Assembly (NCBI GenBank): GCA_027079305.1
Contig: JALWVU010000030.1
Span: 23,922 to 47,921 of the forward strand
Reading direction: 5' to 3'
DNA length: 24,000 nucleotides
Source: Aquificaceae bacterium
GTDB lineage: Bacteria; Aquificota; Aquificia; Aquificales; Aquificaceae
A program made the position numbers and the translations under genes. Below the pieces are notes generated by a model, which was not told the origin of the DNA, ran no database searches, and saw only the letters and a program-made list of their open reading frames with translations. The number at the start of each line of letters is the position of its first letter. The stretch's first letter is position 1. Below, piece by piece: positions 15,394-22,429 of this stretch.

Positions 15394-16347
15394 GCCACCG
15401 TACTCTCTCACTATACTGTCCACGATAGCAAGACCAAGGCCAGAGCCTTCTTTCTTGTTCTTTCCCTGATAGAAAGGTATGAATATCTTACTGAGCTCCT
15501 CCTGATCTATCCCCGGGCCCCTGTCACTCACCTCGAGAACCCACCTGCCCTCTTCGTTGTAAAGCTTGACCTCCACCTTCTCCCCCGGAGGAGAAGCCTG
15601 AACCGCGTTCAGGACGAGGTTGAGAACGAGGTGCCTTATGTCCGCTTCGTTCCCCATCTGGTAGCCCACCTCTTCGAGGTCCGTTTCTATCTTCACACCC
15701 TTCTCCTTCGCGTATATCCTTAAGATGTCTACCGAGTCTTCTACAGCCTTTCTCACGTTCACAAGATCTTTGGTGGAGTTTCTCTTGACGAGGAATAAGA
15801 GCTTATCCACATAGTCCCTGCAGGTTTTTACAGCGTTCCTTATGGTTTCTATCTCCTCAGAGCTCCCCACCTTCTCCTCCAGCTCCTCAAGAGCAAGCAG
15901 GATGGTGCTGAGGGGGGTGTTTATCTGATGGGCTACACCCAGAGCGAGAAATCCCACAGAACTTAGCCTCTGAGCCAGACTGAAGAGGTAGTACTTCTCC
16001 TTGTCGCTCTTTATATCCCTTATTATCTGAACTATCTTTTCCCCGTTCTCTATGGGAAAGGCGCATATCTCTACGGGAACTTCCCTGTTGTCGTGGGTGT
16101 AGTGGGTGTGAACCACGTTCACAGATCTTCCCGTCCTCTCTATCTCCTTCAAGGGACAGGGATGGCACTCCCCTTCACAGGGCTTTGTCTGATGATGGGA
16201 GACAACGTAGCAGAAGTTGCCTATGACCTCTTTGGGATCTTTGTATCCGAGATCCTTGGCGTACTTTTCGTTAGCGTAGACTATCCTGTAGTTTTTGTCT
16301 ATTATGACAACCTCTTCTTCAAACTGGTCGAATACGGAGAAGTCCAT
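15328..16347 (-). CDS. Soluble sensor histidine kinase with an N-terminal Cys-rich PAS domain
   Basis: No hydrophobic TM segment. PAS-like N-terminus (VVIIDKNYRIVYANEKYAKDLGY) carries C-x10-C-x3-C-x2-C. H-box is GVAHQINTPLS. The HATPase_c domain has N/G boxes (LVLNAVQA, DRGPGI, GSGLGLAIV). The 3' end overlaps the regulator gene by 66 nt. Confidence 0.9.
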   Translation of the reverse strand: MDFSVFDQFEEEVVIIDKNYRIVYANEKYAKDLGYKDPKEVIGNFCYVVSHHQTKPCEGECHPCPLKEIERTGRSVNVVHTHYTHDNREVPVEICAFPIENGEKIVQIIRDIKSDKEKYYLFSLAQRLSSVGFLALGVAHQINTPLSTILLALEELEEKVGSSEEIETIRNAVKTCRDYVDKLLFLVKRNSTKDLVNVRKAVEDSVDILRIYAKEKGVKIETDLEEVGYQMGNEADIRHLVLNLVLNAVQASPPGEKVEVKLYNEEGRWVLEVSDRGPGIDQEELSKIFIPFYQGKNKKEGSGLGLAIVDSIVREYGGSISVDTKLGEGATFKVSIPLS

Positions 16348-16384
16348 GGGGGTAAATTTACTGTTCCCTCTGGAAAATGGTAGC

Positions 16385-16420
16385 TGTCATAGATGTCTCT
16401 CGGGGTGTCAGATGTGTCAC
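16385..16420. promoter_or_regulatory. Tandem repeat pair, candidate enhancer (UAS) for the sigma-54 activator
   Basis: TGTCATAGATGTCTC (16385-16399) and TGTCAGATGTGTCAC (16406-16420). TGTC cores start at 16385, 16394, 16406 and 16415 (spacing 9/12/9, so the pairs are 21 bp apart). The repeats lie about 60-90 bp upstream of the sigma-54 -24 element, in the divergent intergenic region. Confidence 0.4.
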
Positions 16421-16476
16421 TGAAAATTAAAGTATGCCCCTTCCCGAGTTATTTGATATGTAGGAGTTTTGAGTTA

Positions 16477-16492
16477 TGGCATGAATTTTGCT
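16477..16492 (+). promoter_or_regulatory. Sigma-54 (-24/-12) promoter for the flavoprotein-Rieske-flavoprotein operon
   Basis: TGGCAT-GAATT-TTGCT matches the TGGCAC-N5-TTGCW consensus with exact spacing. It lies about 40 nt upstream of ATG 16533, next to a sigma-54 activator gene. Confidence 0.7.
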
Positions 16493-16532
16493 AAACATTG
16501 AAAACGAGAAAAACTCAATGGAGGGTGCAAAG

Positions 16533-17837
16533 ATGGAAGTGAGCAGGAGAGACCTGCTAAAGGTAGCGGGAGTGGGAGCGGCGGTAGCCGCAACAAGTGG
16601 AGCTACAAGCTTTACCTTTGCCAAAAGTGTGGATACCATCAACCTTCCCAAGCCCTCGAGAGGTTCCGCGAGGGTAGTTATAGTCGGAGGCGGATGGTCA
16701 GGATCCACGCTTGCCAAATACATTAAGAAGAAGGATCCAAACATAGACGTGGTCCTTATCGAAAAAAACAACGTGTTCATGTCCTGCCCGGTGAGTAACC
16801 TCTGGCTTGTTGACCTCGTAGATCTCGAGTTCCTCATTCATGACCACCTGAAAGCCGCGGACAAGTACGGATACCACTTCATCAACGCGGAGGTCCACGA
16901 CGTTGATAGAAAAAGAAGATACGTCTATACAAGCATAGGCAAGATACATTATGACTACCTCGTTCTCGCTACCGGAATAGACTACGACTACTCCCAGTGG
17001 GTGGGGGACGATCCGAAGGACATAGAGATAGCGATGAAGAAGTATCCCGCAGCCTTCAAACCCGGAGAGGAGCACTTCAGACTGAAAAGAAAGATACAGG
17101 ACTTCGAGGAAGGAAACTTCGTAATAACAGTTCCTCCCGGACTCGACTACAGATGTCTGCCAGGGCCTTACGAAAGGGCTACCATGATAGCCTGGTATTT
17201 CAAGCAGAACGAGATACCTGGAAAGGTTATCCTTCTCGATCCACACAACGATCCACCGGTCAAGGCGGAAGGCTTCCACAAGGCATGGGATGAGTTTGTT
17301 AAGGGATATGTGGAGTACTACCCTCAGACTCAGATAAAGCATGTGGATTTTGGAAAGAAAAGGATAGTTACCAATCTTGGAGACTTCGAGTTTGATGATC
17401 TCAACCTATACCCGAGATGTAAGTCCGCACCTCTCGTTTATAAACTCGGGCTGGTGCCCAAGGGGGACAGATGGCCCTCCCTCAAATGGCCCTGGTACAT
17501 GTCCACAGTGGACGAAAGGATATTCTGCACAGGGGATGCAAGGAACCATCCTTTCTCCAAGAGCGGAAACACCGCCAACTCGGAAGCTCACAACGTTGCG
17601 GAGCTTATCGTAACCTTGATACACGGAAAGAGCATGCCCTACAAACCTCCCAGAACCCTCTGTTACTCCGGGGTGGACAAAGGTAAGGCGGTCTGGGTAG
17701 ATCTGACCTACAAATACGATCCTAAAAAGAACAGCTTTGCCTTCCACAACGTTAAGATGGACAACAATCCTTCTTCTAAAAACTGGAAGGCTTACCTCGA
17801 ATGGGCCAAGGCTATGTACAGAGACATGTTCAGCTGA
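16533..17837 (+). CDS. Tat-exported FCSD/FccB-family FAD flavoprotein, paralog 1 (sulfide-dehydrogenase-like)
   Basis: Twin-arginine signal MEVSRRDLLKVAGVGAAVAA. Dinucleotide fold VVIVGGGWSGSTLAKY. FccB-type motifs MSCPVSN, YRCLPGPYERA and SKSGNTANSEA. Start chosen at ATG 16533 (GGAGGG 7 nt upstream) because the track's TTG 16488 lies inside the -12 promoter element. Confidence 0.85.
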   Translation: MEVSRRDLLKVAGVGAAVAATSGATSFTFAKSVDTINLPKPSRGSARVVIVGGGWSGSTLAKYIKKKDPNIDVVLIEKNNVFMSCPVSNLWLVDLVDLEFLIHDHLKAADKYGYHFINAEVHDVDRKRRYVYTSIGKIHYDYLVLATGIDYDYSQWVGDDPKDIEIAMKKYPAAFKPGEEHFRLKRKIQDFEEGNFVITVPPGLDYRCLPGPYERATMIAWYFKQNEIPGKVILLDPHNDPPVKAEGFHKAWDEFVKGYVEYYPQTQIKHVDFGKKRIVTNLGDFEFDDLNLYPRCKSAPLVYKLGLVPKGDRWPSLKWPWYMSTVDERIFCTGDARNHPFSKSGNTANSEAHNVAELIVTLIHGKSMPYKPPRTLCYSGVDKGKAVWVDLTYKYDPKKNSFAFHNVKMDNNPSSKNWKAYLEWAKAMYRDMFS

Positions 17838-17848
17838 CGGAGGAAAGT

Positions 17849-18565
17849 ATGGACAGGAGGGGTTTCATAAAGACGTGCACTGCCGTTGCCGCCGCTTCCC
17901 TCGCTTCCCCCTCCTTTTTTATAAGCTCCTTGAGGGCACAGGAGGTAGAGTTCAAAGCCTACAAAAAAGCTATCCTTCTGAAGAAGGACGGAACGCCTCT
18001 TAGACCTGAGGATATAGATCCGGGGAAGCAATACATTTTCTTTTATCCCCATAGGGCTACACCCTGCATACTGGCAAACCTTGGAAAGGAAGTTCCGCCC
18101 GCGGATGTAAAGCTATCCGATGGAACCACCTACAGATGGCCCGGGGGAGTTGGACCGAAAAAGAGCATAGTAGCCTACTGTGCAATATGTCCCCATCAGA
18201 TGAGTTATCCTACGCCGGAATACTCTTTCATCAATTACTATCCCGAGAATATCCTTTCCAAGATAGTCAAGAGAGGAGGGGTGATCCAGTGCTGTGCGCA
18301 CCTTTCTGTTTTCGATCCCGCAAAGGGAGGAGAGGTTATAGACGGACCTGCTCCCCAACCGCTCACCGCCATAGTCCTAAAATACGAAGGCGGTAAACTC
18401 TACGCTGTAGGGACACTGGGAAAGGAACTTTACGAGGACTTCTTCGATGTTTTTAAACCTGACCTCAGGAAACTTTACAAGTCCTCGAGGAAGGCTAAGA
18501 AGCTTGTGGACAAGTGTGAGGTTGTAGAGGTGGAAGAGTATGCAAAAGAGGTCATCAGGTGTTAG
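17849..18565 (+). CDS. Tat-exported Rieske-type [2Fe-2S] protein
   Basis: Twin-arginine signal MDRRGFIKTCTAVAAASLA. Rieske ligand boxes are CPH (in YCAICPHQ) and CCAH, followed by LSVFDPAKGGEVIDGPAPQPL, typical of the Rieske fold. Start moved to ATG 17849 (GGAGG 5 nt upstream). Confidence 0.8.
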   Translation: MDRRGFIKTCTAVAAASLASPSFFISSLRAQEVEFKAYKKAILLKKDGTPLRPEDIDPGKQYIFFYPHRATPCILANLGKEVPPADVKLSDGTTYRWPGGVGPKKSIVAYCAICPHQMSYPTPEYSFINYYPENILSKIVKRGGVIQCCAHLSVFDPAKGGEVIDGPAPQPLTAIVLKYEGGKLYAVGTLGKELYEDFFDVFKPDLRKLYKSSRKAKKLVDKCEVVEVEEYAKEVIRC

Positions 18566-19805
18566 CAGGAGAGGGCTTTTGGCCCTGGGAGGAGTTCTTC
18601 TCGCGAGCGGTGTAATAGCTAAAAGCACTTCAAGGTTGCTTCCTCCCTCTAAGGGGAACAGGGTAGTTATAGTAGGGGGAGGCTACGGAGGTGTTACCGC
18701 GGCCAAATACATAAAAAAGGAAAATTCAGACGCGGAAGTCGTGCTTATAGAGAAGAACCAGCTCTTCGTATCCTGCCCTCTGAGCAATCATTATCTTGTA
18801 GGGCTTATAGATTACGGTCAGTTATGCTTTCCCTACAACAGACTCCATACCAAATACGGTGTTAAGGTTATAAACGATGTGGTAGTAGATATAGATCTCC
18901 CCAAAAGGAGAGTATACCTATCGGACGGCTACGTTGATTACGATTACCTTATTCTTTCACCGGGTATAGAGTATGACACCGAGGAGTTTCCCTTCTACGA
19001 GGAAACCACCTGGTTCTTTCCGGGTGCCTTCAGGCCGGGGAGTGAACATCTATACCTGAGAAGACTTCTCGAGGAGTTCGAAGGTGAGAGCATAGTTATA
19101 ACGGTTCCCAGGATGCCCTACAGGTGTCCTCCCGCTCCTTACGAGAGGGCGTCTCTGATCCTCAGCTATATAAGGGAAAACGGCCTTAAAGCCCATATGT
19201 ATTTTCTTGACGCGAACGAGTATCCCCCCGTTCTTAGGGATGGCTTCATGAAGGCTTACGAGGACTTTTACAGGGGAATGGCCACCTACATAACCGGAGT
19301 TCGAATAAAGGATGTAGACGTAGCTTCGAGGAAGATAAAGACAAACAAAGGAGATGTAAGGTTTGATTTCGGATCGATAATACCGCCCATGAGAGCACCC
19401 AAACTCCTTGAGAGAATAGGCCTGATATACGGAAGGGAAAAGTGGGTAAGAGTAGATCCCATGACCTTTGAGACCAAGGTCAAAAACGTTTTTGTGATAG
19501 GGGACTCCTGTGAGTCCTATCTCCCCAAAAGCGGATACGCCGCTAACTCTCAGGCTAAGGTCGTCGCCAGGATAGTTTCAAGCAGAATAAAAGGTAAGGA
19601 ATTTGGGGGAGAGCTTATCCAGCACGGTGTCTGCTACGCCATGGTGAACTTAAAGTCCGCCATAATGCTCGAGGTGGAATACAAATACAATGTAAGAACT
19701 AAACAGATAAACAAGATCCTCAGGGAGGATAACACCTGGAAAGTTTCTACCGCCAAGAGATACTATGAGTGGGCGAGGGGTCTGTGGAGGGATATGTTCT
19801 TCTGA
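18540..19805 (+). CDS. Tat-exported FCSD/FccB-family FAD flavoprotein, paralog 2
   Basis: Twin-arginine signal SRRGLLALGGVLLASG. VVIVGGGYGGVTAAKY, VSCPLSN, YRCPPAPYERA, VIGDSCESYLPKSGYAANSQAKV. It aligns with paralog 1 along its whole length, including the shared C-terminal EWA+xx+RDMF motif. The start overlaps the Rieske gene by 26 nt, with GAGGTGG upstream. Confidence 0.88.
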   Translation: MQKRSSGVSRRGLLALGGVLLASGVIAKSTSRLLPPSKGNRVVIVGGGYGGVTAAKYIKKENSDAEVVLIEKNQLFVSCPLSNHYLVGLIDYGQLCFPYNRLHTKYGVKVINDVVVDIDLPKRRVYLSDGYVDYDYLILSPGIEYDTEEFPFYEETTWFFPGAFRPGSEHLYLRRLLEEFEGESIVITVPRMPYRCPPAPYERASLILSYIRENGLKAHMYFLDANEYPPVLRDGFMKAYEDFYRGMATYITGVRIKDVDVASRKIKTNKGDVRFDFGSIIPPMRAPKLLERIGLIYGREKWVRVDPMTFETKVKNVFVIGDSCESYLPKSGYAANSQAKVVARIVSSRIKGKEFGGELIQHGVCYAMVNLKSAIMLEVEYKYNVRTKQINKILREDNTWKVSTAKRYYEWARGLWRDMFF

Positions 19806-19821
19806 GTGTAAAATCTTCTTG

Positions 19822-20724
19822 ATGGAAACCCTCGTAGGAAAGGCTAAGGTCCTGCATGAGGCCCTCCCCTACATAAGGGAGTTCCACGGAAAGGTATTCG
19901 TTATCAAATACGGCGGTTCCGCCATGACCAGGGAGGAGCTCAGGGAGTCCTTTGCCAAGGATGTGGTCCTTCTCAAATACGTGGGCATAAACGTTGTCAT
20001 AGTCCACGGGGGAGGTCCCCAGATAAGCACCACCCTAGAAAGATTCGGGATAAAGCCCAGATTCGTCGGAGGTATGAGGAAGACCGATGAGGAAACTATG
20101 CACGTGGTAGAGATGGTCCTCTCCGGAGACGTGAACAAGGACATCGTAGCCCTTATAAACAGGCACAGCGGTGAGAAGGTCTACGCGGTGGGTATCTCGG
20201 GTAGGGACGGCAGGCTCCTACGAGCTGTGAAGCTCAATAAGGAAAGATACTTCAGAGAGATAGGTCTACCGCCTCCCAGCGAGGACGTAGGCTACGTGGG
20301 GGAGATCGTGGGCGTGAACGTAGATCTTATAAACTCTCTCATAGAAAGAAACTTTATTCCCGTGATAGCTCCCGTGGGTGTGGGAGAGCAGGGGGAAGCC
20401 TACAACATCAACGCGGACATTGCAGCATCCGAGATAGCAAGGTATATAAAAGCTGAAAAGCTCATCTTCCTGACGGACACCGAGGGAGTTAAGGACGAAA
20501 AGGGAGAGCTTATATCGAGTCTCTCTGAAAGCAAGGCAAGAGAGCTTATAGAGAAGGGCGTAATAAGGGAAGGTATGATTCCCAAAGTAAAATCCGCTCT
20601 GAAGGCTTTGGAGAGTGGTGTCAGGAAGGTTCACATAATAGACGGCAGGATCCAGCACTCGCTCCTGCTGGAGATATTCACTCAGGAGGGTATCGGAACG
20701 GAGATAGTTCACTTGCAGACCTGA
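19822..20724 (+). CDS. argB: N-acetylglutamate kinase (ArgB)
   Basis: LHEALPYIREFHGKVFVIKYGGSAM, VVIVHGGGPQI, NINADIAASEIA, EGMIPKV. The start at ATG 19822 (METLVGK) is preferred over the upstream track start at 19765. Confidence 0.95.
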   Translation: METLVGKAKVLHEALPYIREFHGKVFVIKYGGSAMTREELRESFAKDVVLLKYVGINVVIVHGGGPQISTTLERFGIKPRFVGGMRKTDEETMHVVEMVLSGDVNKDIVALINRHSGEKVYAVGISGRDGRLLRAVKLNKERYFREIGLPPPSEDVGYVGEIVGVNVDLINSLIERNFIPVIAPVGVGEQGEAYNINADIAASEIARYIKAEKLIFLTDTEGVKDEKGELISSLSESKARELIEKGVIREGMIPKVKSALKALESGVRKVHIIDGRIQHSLLLEIFTQEGIGTEIVHLQT

Positions 20725-22118
20725 CATCCCCCGAGGGTGAGCCTTCTGATCCTAACCGTGGGCTGGGCGTCGGTGACGGGAACGCCTTGGCCGTCCTTAC
20801 CGCAGGTTCCTATGGCCCACCCGAGGTCGTTTCCCACCGCGTCTATGTCCTGAAGAGCCTTCGGTCCATTCCCTATCAGCGTGGCACCCCTTATGGGGTA
20901 GGTTATCTCTCCGTTCTCGATCATGTAGCCCTCCATTATCTCGAAGACGAAGTCTCCCGTGACTGTGTTCACCTCTCCACCGCCCATCTTGACCACGTAG
21001 ACACCTTTTTTGGTGTCCCTGAGTATGTCCTCCGGATCGTCCTTTCCCTTGTCTATGTAAGTGTTGGTCATCCTCACTATGGGAACGTGAGCGTAGCTCT
21101 GGCGCCTTCCGTTTCCGGTGGACTCCCTTCCCTCCTTCATAGCCCTGAGCCTGTCATACATGTATCCCACCAGGTATCCGTCTTTTATCAATACTTTCCT
21201 CTGGGCGGGGACGCCCTCGTCGTCCACCGAGAAGGAGCCGTTGTGCTGGGGCAGGGTAGCATCGTCTATAACCGTGACGAGCTCACTCGCCACCTTCTCC
21301 CCGAGCTTACCCGCATAGACCGAAAGCCCCTTCTGGACGAGGTCCGCCTCCAGTCCGTGGCCGACCGCCTCGTGGATCATGGTTCCTCCCGCCTGAGAGG
21401 AGAGGACAACGGTGAAGGTTCCTGCGGGAGCAGGCTTTGCGGTCAGCATGAGGAGGGCCCTCTCCGCCGCCTTCTGGGCCACCGCCTCCGGAGGGGTCTC
21501 TTCAAATATCTCGAAGCCCTTTCTTCCCCCCAGAGACTCGTAACCTCTCTGGAGTATCTCTCCGTCGCTGGCAACCACCTCCACGAAGAAGACCACTCTC
21601 TTCTGGAGATCCTCCGCGGTCTCTCCGAGGGAGTTCACCACCAGTATCTCCCTCGTCTTGTCCATCAGGACAGAAAGAACCTGCTTTACTCTGTCTCCGT
21701 AGCTTCTGGCCTTCTCCTCCGCCCTTTTGAGGATCTCAGCCCTGAACTGGAGGTCCACCGAGTCGGGGTCTATCAGGGTGGGTGTCCATCCCTCTATGGA
21801 CCTCATACCAACCGCCACGGGACCGTAGCCCTCGCCCCTGGCGAGCGTCTTGGCTATCTGGAGCAAGTTCTCAAAGGTAGGTTCGCTCGTGTATCCGTAG
21901 AAGGTCCTGCCTTCCTTTATGAGCCTTATACCGACTCCCTCGTCGTATCCGTGGGATACCCTGCTGAGCTTTCTATCCTCGAGCTCCATCCTCGTGGTTC
22001 TGGAACGCTCATAGAAGATCTCACCATACTCTCCTCCCTGAGAGAGAAGGTTGGAGAGTATTATCCCCGCTTTATCCTTTATCATCTCCTTAACTTCGTT
22101 CAGCCTTGTTTCCACCAT
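20709..22118 (-). CDS. tldD: TldD-family metalloprotease
   Basis: 469 aa with the TldD HExxxH site (HEAVGHGLEAD) and a conserved C-terminal region (GDFVFEI, GATLIGNGPKAL). GGAGG lies upstream of the ATG. The 3' end overlaps argB by 16 nt. Confidence 0.93.
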   Translation of the reverse strand: MVETRLNEVKEMIKDKAGIILSNLLSQGGEYGEIFYERSRTTRMELEDRKLSRVSHGYDEGVGIRLIKEGRTFYGYTSEPTFENLLQIAKTLARGEGYGPVAVGMRSIEGWTPTLIDPDSVDLQFRAEILKRAEEKARSYGDRVKQVLSVLMDKTREILVVNSLGETAEDLQKRVVFFVEVVASDGEILQRGYESLGGRKGFEIFEETPPEAVAQKAAERALLMLTAKPAPAGTFTVVLSSQAGGTMIHEAVGHGLEADLVQKGLSVYAGKLGEKVASELVTVIDDATLPQHNGSFSVDDEGVPAQRKVLIKDGYLVGYMYDRLRAMKEGRESTGNGRRQSYAHVPIVRMTNTYIDKGKDDPEDILRDTKKGVYVVKMGGGEVNTVTGDFVFEIMEGYMIENGEITYPIRGATLIGNGPKALQDIDAVGNDLGWAIGTCGKDGQGVPVTDAQPTVRIRRLTLGGCQVCK

Positions 22119-22129
22119 CCTGAAACCTC

Positions 22130-22393
22130 CTAAAAGTCGAGATCTTCAAAGCTGGACTCTCCGAGAACCTCTAAACCTCTTACGTGCTTCCTGAAACCTT
22201 CTACTATCTCTTTAAGATCCTCAAACCTGTCCGGGGAGGCTATTATATCCACCACACCCTCTCCCTTCTTGCGGGTCCTCGTGAAGGCGACCCTGTCGAG
22301 GCCGTCCACGAGGGAGTTCAGAAAGCCCACCTCCTCCACTGGAACTCTGACGGTCAGTATCCGTGCCCTTATCTCCTTACTTCTTTCTGTCAT
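22130..22393 (-). CDS. Small conserved hypothetical protein (87 aa), DUF4911-like
   Basis: It has its own SD (AAGGTGG, 6 nt before the ATG) and is packed tightly between dnaX and tldD on the same strand. The pattern ILTVRVPVEEVGFLNSLVDGLDRVAFTRT...GVVDIIASPD resembles DUF4911 proteins as I remember them. Not verified. Confidence 0.6.
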   Translation of the reverse strand: MTERSKEIRARILTVRVPVEEVGFLNSLVDGLDRVAFTRTRKKGEGVVDIIASPDRFEDLKEIVEGFRKHVRGLEVLGESSFEDLDF

Positions 22394-22429
22394 ACCTGAC
22401 CACCTTGGCGTTGAAGAGTTCCATGACCT

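Noticed and set aside
16488-16532. Track start (TTG 16488) and ATG 16518 as starts for the first flavoprotein
   Set aside because: TTG 16488 lies inside the TTGCT -12 element of the predicted sigma-54 promoter, so it would be upstream of the transcript start. ATG 16518 has no SD. ATG 16533 has GGAGGG 7 nt upstream and puts the twin-arginine motif at a normal distance from the N-terminus.
20787-22133. 448-aa + strand ORF opposite tldD
   Set aside because: It mirrors the TldD gene codon for codon, while TldD carries the HExxxH site and full-length family similarity. The antisense product has no recognisable features.
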